IMG/VR virus record: IMGVR_UViG_3300037509_000017
Span: 1 to 28,115 of that record
Source: a virus
Taxonomy: Duplodnaviria > Caudoviricetes
DNA length: 28,115 nucleotides
Direction: 5' to 3' (one strand)
Of the stretch, positions 23,646-28,115 are shown piece by piece (position 1 is the first letter of the stretch; each line of letters starts with the position of its first letter). The notes beneath the pieces were generated by a model that was not told where the DNA came from, did no database searches, and worked only from the letters and a program-made list of their open reading frames with translations. A program made the translations under genes and the position numbers.

Positions 23646-23908
23646 TGTTCCGCCTTCTCTTCGGGCTTCAAGTAAAGCTTCCCAAGTTCTTGGGCTGCAT
23701 CCAGGACATCTTCAATCTGAGAGCGAGTGATCTTGGTAGGACCAATCGCGTCCTGGAGAAGAACCACCACCGCTCGGCGTTTGAGCCTGGAGTTATTGAA
23801 TCTAGTCATCGCCTCTGAAACCTCGACGATTGTTTTCTGCAAGATAACAATATCTCTCAGATTTGCGTCTGGATCATATTCAACTTTTACTTTTGGCTTT
23901 CTGGCCAT
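23642..23908 (-). CDS. Hypothetical protein
   Basis: 88 aa, GAGGA RBS, coupled overlaps. Confidence 0.7.
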   Translation of the reverse strand: MARKPKVKVEYDPDANLRDIVILQKTIVEVSEAMTRFNNSRLKRRAVVVLLQDAIGPTKITRSQIEDVLDAAQELGKLYLKPEEKAEQ

Positions 23909-24138
23909 GGTACTTCTTCCTCTTGCTCAGACGTGGGTTTAGTCCTTCTGCCGATCTCACGATTAATGTACCAGGCGGCCTTTTTCAAGTCCTCAATGGC
24001 ATCGTTCTTCAGGTCGGCTCTCCAGATATACTTGATCGCATTTCCGAGATTGAACCCCATGTATTCCACGATCTCGATGCACTCGATTCCAGAGGGATGT
24101 TCAGTATAGTGTTTTGGGTGGTTGATGTTGTCGCTCAC
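23887..24138 (-). CDS. DUF3310 (SaV-like) protein
   Basis: DNINHPKHY, IECIE, FNLGNAIKYIWRADLK, EDLKKAAWYINREI. Confidence 0.9.
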   Translation of the reverse strand: MSDNINHPKHYTEHPSGIECIEIVEYMGFNLGNAIKYIWRADLKNDAIEDLKKAAWYINREIGRRTKPTSEQEEEVPWPESQK

Positions 24139-24458
24139 AGTTCGCCTCCTCCTTTTATCAGGGCCTCTACAATTCTTTCGTGGCCCGCTAGAGCCTGCTC
24201 CCAGGTTGAATACCTCTCGCAGTACTGACTGCTCGGGCCTCCAAATATCATGGTCTCAAACCACAATTCTTTTCCTTCCTCGAAGGAATGATTTACTCCA
24301 AGGAACATCGTAGAAACGTGTGCTCCTTTAACTACAGTGAAAGCTACTCGACGGTTTCTAACTTCAAAGGCCCTGGCCCACTCTTCGATGTCGTCCGTTA
24401 GAATTACCTTCTTGTCTTTCAGAACTCCGTACCGTGCTTCACTGTAAGAGTGGTTCAC
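24135..24458 (-). CDS. Conserved phage hypothetical protein
   Basis: 107 aa; VSTMFLGVNHSF...FETMIFGG...RYSTWEQALAGH. Confidence 0.8.
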   Translation of the reverse strand: MNHSYSEARYGVLKDKKVILTDDIEEWARAFEVRNRRVAFTVVKGAHVSTMFLGVNHSFEEGKELWFETMIFGGPSSQYCERYSTWEQALAGHERIVEALIKGGGEL

Positions 24459-24652
24459 TCTTTTACTCCTTCTAGCTGCTCAAGAATGGCATCTAGATTA
24501 TTCGATAGCGTCTCAAGGTCCATATTCGGGAACTCTTTCATGAGTTTCTCGACTTGTTCCTCACTGCTCAGAACGGATAGCGCCTTTGCAATCACCCACA
24601 CTTGGTCTTCTGTTAAAAGGAGCGGAATCAATCTATTTTTACTTTTACTCAT
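24455..24652 (-). CDS. Hypothetical acidic protein
   Basis: 65 aa, GAGGT RBS, coupled overlaps. Confidence 0.65.
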   Translation of the reverse strand: MSKSKNRLIPLLLTEDQVWVIAKALSVLSSEEQVEKLMKEFPNMDLETLSNNLDAILEQLEGVKE

Positions 24653-25091
24653 CTTTGTACCTCAATACTTTTACTGCGGGGAATTTTCTGTTTTGGATGA
24701 CTTCGTTTCTTGCTCGCTCACTTCCGAGCCACTGAAGTTTATTTGATAAGTCCGCTCCCGGCACAAACTTATAGTCAAACTTACCAGTGACAGTGTTATG
24801 GCAGCGGTGGCAAAGACTAATGTGATTACCTGTTCTTTCGAAAACATCCAAGCGTCCTTTCGACGGTTCAATGTGGTCCACCGCCTGGGACTTCTCCCCG
24901 CAGCAATAGCATTCCGGGTTTACTTCTAGGAACTTGAGAGAGAATTTCCGCCACTGCTCAGTCCGGTGGAGCTTTTGGTCTTGCTCTCTTCCGGCGTTAA
25001 GTGTTCGTGGTTGAAAAGACTCAGTTGTTCTGAGGTGTCTGGGTTTGTAGGTTCTTGGTCTTTTTGGTCCGTCCGGTCCTTCTCTGCCCAT
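24645..25091 (-). CDS. HNH endonuclease (HK97 gp74-like packaging cofactor type)
   Basis: WRKFS..FL..NPECYCC, VDHIEP, NHISLCHRCHN; start uncertain. Confidence 0.85.
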   Translation of the reverse strand: MGREGPDGPKRPRTYKPRHLRTTESFQPRTLNAGREQDQKLHRTEQWRKFSLKFLEVNPECYCCGEKSQAVDHIEPSKGRLDVFERTGNHISLCHRCHNTVTGKFDYKFVPGADLSNKLQWLGSERARNEVIQNRKFPAVKVLRYKDE

Positions 25092-25405
25092 TTATTCAAC
25101 CTCTCAAGGTATTCCTCTTTTATTTTGAAGCCCTCTTCTCCGTGGCTGTCCAGTACGCTCATCAAAATGGAGTGAGCTTCGTCCGCCTTTTTCAGGAGGT
25201 GCTGGAAGCCACTTGCAAGAGTGGTGGCTTCTTTGTTCGCGTGAAGAATCGAGGGGATCATGGAATTGGCTTCCATGAGTTTCACGATCTTGGAAACGAG
25301 CGCCTGATGTCTGCACTGAAATTTAGGGAGGTGAATTTCACTACAGATATTACAAGGCTTCCCCTCTTTCTTATTGAGTAAGTCCACCAATACTGTGTTC
25401 GACAT
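24926..25405 (-). CDS. Hypothetical protein with N-terminal CxxC..H..C
   Basis: 159 aa, GGAG RBS, start overlaps upstream stop. Confidence 0.65.
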   Translation of the reverse strand: MSNTVLVDLLNKKEGKPCNICSEIHLPKFQCRHQALVSKIVKLMEANSMIPSILHANKEATTLASGFQHLLKKADEAHSILMSVLDSHGEEGFKIKEEYLERLNKWAEKDRTDQKDQEPTNPDTSEQLSLFNHEHLTPEESKTKSSTGLSSGGNSLSSS

Positions 25406-25614
25406 TAGTGGTGTGCTCCGTCACCTGACTTCATGAAAGCATCGATCGCTTCACGAGGAGTTTTGAACTCTTTGGAATACTCAAACACCCGAGACAGAAG
25501 CGAGAAGTTCCCCTTCTGGCAGAGCCAGTCCAGGCGCTCGGTATCAGTGAACTCGTGCTCCTCGTGGTTTTCAGTCTGGGACTCAGTGTTTTGATTTTCA
25601 GTTGGATTTGCCAT
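25405..25614 (-). CDS. Small conserved phage protein
   Basis: 69 aa; DTERLDWL...REAIDA; AAGGAG RBS. Confidence 0.75.
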   Translation of the reverse strand: MANPTENQNTESQTENHEEHEFTDTERLDWLCQKGNFSLLSRVFEYSKEFKTPREAIDAFMKSGDGAHH

Positions 25615-25628
25615 TCTCTCTTCTCCTT

Positions 25629-25856
25629 CTAGTTGTTACGGTCATTTTCTGAATACGCTATAGTGATACCTCTCACCAACATCTCGTAATTAAATCCTTT
25701 GGGACATTTACCCGAGGCCACCAATGCTTTCCAAATCCCTGGGGCGGCCATCAAGACCGCCGTTCCGTCCGTGTGGTCGATTCTCTTTTCGATTAAATAT
25801 TTCATCACCACGGATTTTACCTCTCGCTTTACCTTCTCGTAATCTTCAGGTTTCAT
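25629..25856 (-). CDS. Hypothetical protein
   Basis: 75 aa within the operon. Confidence 0.6.
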   Translation of the reverse strand: MKPEDYEKVKREVKSVVMKYLIEKRIDHTDGTAVLMAAPGIWKALVASGKCPKGFNYEMLVRGITIAYSENDRNN

Positions 25857-26121
25857 GGAGTGGCATACCCCAAGTTTCTTGGATCGGAGTCAAAGGTGCC
25901 TTTCCCTCTATCCGCCTTTTAATCTTGGCTGCCACTTTCTTTAAACAAGCATGGCACTTCTTTACATTTTGACCATTCGAGCCAACCAACTTGTCCTTGC
26001 GGTACACGGTAGTAGGATTACAATATGGAGTAATAATGCCCAAGGTCTCGGACCAAGGGAAGAAGTGCGCTTGTGAAGTGATGCCCCGACGATTGCGGGA
26101 ACGAAACCAGAGTGACTCCAT
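25846..26121 (-). CDS. Hypothetical basic protein with H..C..CxxC, probably leaderless
   Basis: 91 aa; ATG 6 nt after a -10-like hexamer. Confidence 0.6.
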   Translation of the reverse strand: MESLWFRSRNRRGITSQAHFFPWSETLGIITPYCNPTTVYRKDKLVGSNGQNVKKCHACLKKVAAKIKRRIEGKAPLTPIQETWGMPLHET

Positions 26122-26127
26122 AAGAGG

Positions 26128-26157
26128 AGCCTACGCAACGGAGAGATAAGTTGTCAA
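26128..26157 (-). promoter_or_regulatory. sigma70-like promoter
   Basis: TTGACA-18-TAGGCT. Confidence 0.55.
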
Positions 26158-26161
26158 CGAC

Positions 26162-26854
26162 TTAAACGCCGTGAGGAATCCAGAGTGGAGTTCTGCCGCC
26201 ATCGAGGATAACCCCGTGCCCGATGTTGGGCTTGTCTGGATAAGCTCGTGCGTAGTTGAAAGCGTAGCTTTCGAAATCGATAAAACACCCGCCCACAAAG
26301 GACCAGTATTTATTCATGGAAGTAGTGTGGTGCATGATTTGCGCCTTCGAGTGATGGTGTCCGCCCACGACCGACATATTATATTTCATGGCCGCTTTTG
26401 CCGCTGGCGTGGGTCCACCCCAGTCATCCAGGTGCTCCAGGATGAAGTGCTGTTTTGATCCCTTGATGAGCCATTGTTTCTGCCACCGCCAATTTTTCGG
26501 CGCTTCGATAATCTCTTCGTACTTTCTCATCAGGATAGAAGGAATCTCGGCCTCGAAGGCCTTCCGATGCCAGCGAGTTCCGTGATTGGAGATCGCAATT
26601 TTCATGCTCGGGAAAGCTGCGTACCACTCTTTCATTTTTTCGACAGAGATCATGATTTCTGTCATTGCAGAAAGGTTCGCATTAGGGTCTTTTTTCCAGA
26701 GGCCCCCGAAGTAGGCATCTATTTCATCCCCCGCACACAAGCAATTCTCGTTCTTCACTTTGTAGTGCTTTTTCAAATAAAGGGCCTCTTTTAAGGCATC
26801 TTTATGCTCAAAAGGAACTTGCAGATCAAATATGACTAGGTAATTTTCGCCCAC
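26162..26854 (-). CDS. Calcineurin-like metallophosphoesterase
   Basis: VIFDLQVPF, AGDEID, ISNHG, LEH, VGGHHH. Confidence 0.8.
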   Translation of the reverse strand: MGENYLVIFDLQVPFEHKDALKEALYLKKHYKVKNENCLCAGDEIDAYFGGLWKKDPNANLSAMTEIMISVEKMKEWYAAFPSMKIAISNHGTRWHRKAFEAEIPSILMRKYEEIIEAPKNWRWQKQWLIKGSKQHFILEHLDDWGGPTPAAKAAMKYNMSVVGGHHHSKAQIMHHTTSMNKYWSFVGGCFIDFESYAFNYARAYPDKPNIGHGVILDGGRTPLWIPHGV

Positions 26855-26920
26855 TATTAATATGGTGAGCTAAATAAAAATCCGTACAACCACAATTATT
26901 TGACAGTTTCTGTTTAATAA

Positions 26921-27478
26921 CTAGGTCAGGCGAGGCGGGAAGTTGTGGTCCAGAATCCACTGGCAGACATCGGTGAAACATACGAATACTTTGTTCCCGG
27001 TTTTCCCGATCGTACTTCGGCTCATGGAGTAGCATCCATCCCCATCTCGGGAGCCGGAGCCATCAGTATTGTATTCGAGGGTCAGGAACTTGGGCTGGGT
27101 CTTTTGATCGGCCCGTACAAGGGCCAGGTGCCCCCTGGAGGGGTCGGAAACAACCTGGAATACCGCCACATCCCCTATTTTTCCAAGCTCTCCTTGAGGC
27201 TTTATATAGGCCTTTGGGGTGAACCCGCTTTTTCGGAAAGCTTGGCTCCAGGCAGTCGGGGGAATAGGGTTTTGCAGGCCTAGCGACAGGCAGGCATCAT
27301 CAATGGCACTCCAAATCCCAGAGGCACAGTAGGGAGAACCCATGGGAGCGTTGGCCCGCGAGTTGAAATAATCAATGCGTGGACTTCGGTTTTTCCCATG
27401 GGTCTCCCTAAGCCGCTCGTCAACGTCACGCTGAACTATTTCAACGATCTTATTGGCGATATCGGAACGGGTTATCAC
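26921..27478 (-). CDS. CHAP-domain peptidoglycan hydrolase (putative endolysin)
   Basis: PYCASG (Cys), GDVAVF, GHLALV (His), TLEYNT. Confidence 0.8.
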   Translation of the reverse strand: MITRSDIANKIVEIVQRDVDERLRETHGKNRSPRIDYFNSRANAPMGSPYCASGIWSAIDDACLSLGLQNPIPPTAWSQAFRKSGFTPKAYIKPQGELGKIGDVAVFQVVSDPSRGHLALVRADQKTQPKFLTLEYNTDGSGSRDGDGCYSMSRSTIGKTGNKVFVCFTDVCQWILDHNFPPRLT

Positions 27479-27654
27479 TTGGTGCGCGTCTTTTCTGTTT
27501 TAGGCTTTGGTTTCTTCCGCTGGTAAAAATCCACATAAACAGGATACTTATTCTTGTTCAGTATTTCAATACCATGAAAGAGATGGGCCTTCCCGCTCTC
27601 AACCTTTTTACCGGACGTTTTCTTTGGCTCTTTTAATTTCTGGATACGAATCAT
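27475..27654 (-). CDS. 59-aa Lys-rich hypothetical protein
   Basis: MIRIQKLKEPKKTSGKKV...; stop overlaps the CHAP GTG start; below ORF-track cutoff. Confidence 0.55.
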   Translation of the reverse strand: MIRIQKLKEPKKTSGKKVESGKAHLFHGIEILNKNKYPVYVDFYQRKKPKPKTEKTRTK

Positions 27655-27674
27655 AGGTGTTGCTCTCTTTCTGT

Positions 27675-27905
27675 TTAACTTTCCTCGCGAGAAACAATAA
27701 TAATTTCTTGAGATACTTTTTTATGGAGAGCCAGAAGTGTATCTTCAGCGCGTTTTATCGCTGGATGATTTTCAGGGAGAGCCTCCCGAATGGATCGCGA
27801 CACAGCTTTAAATCCATCAGTCATTAGTCCGATCTTCTCCAAGGCAGAAGCCGTAGGTACTTGTGTTCCGATTTTCACTTCAAATTCTGTCTGTTCCGGT
27901 GCCAT
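27675..27905 (-). CDS. Hypothetical protein
   Basis: 76 aa, GAAAGGGA RBS. Confidence 0.7.
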   Translation of the reverse strand: MAPEQTEFEVKIGTQVPTASALEKIGLMTDGFKAVSRSIREALPENHPAIKRAEDTLLALHKKVSQEIIIVSREES

Positions 27906-27979
27906 ATGATTCCCTTTCGCTTTGATAGTTCCCCACCGCAGTATGCAACAACTGTCCCAAGTAATTCAACTTCTTTTAA

Positions 27980-28115
27980 TTATGTGGCCTTGTTGATGGT
28001 TTCCATCTTCTGCTCTAGCACTCTCCAAATGTGTTCGTCTTGTGGAGAACCCAAGATTCTGTGAACAGTTCTCGGCTCTGTGTGCCCCATCGCTCGGGTT
28101 CGATTAATCACTTGC
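27980..28115 (-). CDS. C-terminus of SNF2-like helicase (5'-partial)
   Basis: QVINRTRAMGHTEPRTVHRILGSPQDEHIWRVLEQKMETINKAT* resembles SNF2 motif VI and its trailing DE..L..K helix. Confidence 0.55.
   Translation of the reverse strand, partial: QVINRTRAMGHTEPRTVHRILGSPQDEHIWRVLEQKMETINKAT

Overview
A 28 kb segment of a tailed dsDNA phage or prophage with an HK97-type head; no integrase lies in the window. Most genes read on the minus strand: the 3' end of an SNF2-like helicase, a CHAP endolysin, a metallophosphoesterase, small ORFs including an HNH nuclease and DUF3310, an SF3/DUF5906-type helicase, terminase small and large subunits, a ClpP-type prohead protease, major capsid, a displaced portal, a collagen-repeat protein and a >629 aa fibre protein with a signal peptide that runs off the left edge. 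The most striking element is a ~6.2 kb AT-richer cassette (about 14330-20550) encoding a MoxR-type AAA ATPase, a DUF3150-like protein, a HExxH+VWA (DUF2201-like) protein, an RHH-like protein and a Cys-rich lipoprotein. It is bracketed by two mirror-image arrays of 12 and 11 degenerate palindromes (TCAAC-N7-GTTGA) spaced about 21 bp apart. A second palindrome (AAGTTGTTAACAACTT-like, 7 copies) overlaps several promoters in and beside the cassette. Also present are a tRNA-like RNA with an 11-nt anticodon loop, a candidate origin with a 17-bp inverted repeat, and a secreted HExxH protein. Family assignments come from motif recognition by eye, not database searches; a Bdellovibrionota-like host is only a guess.
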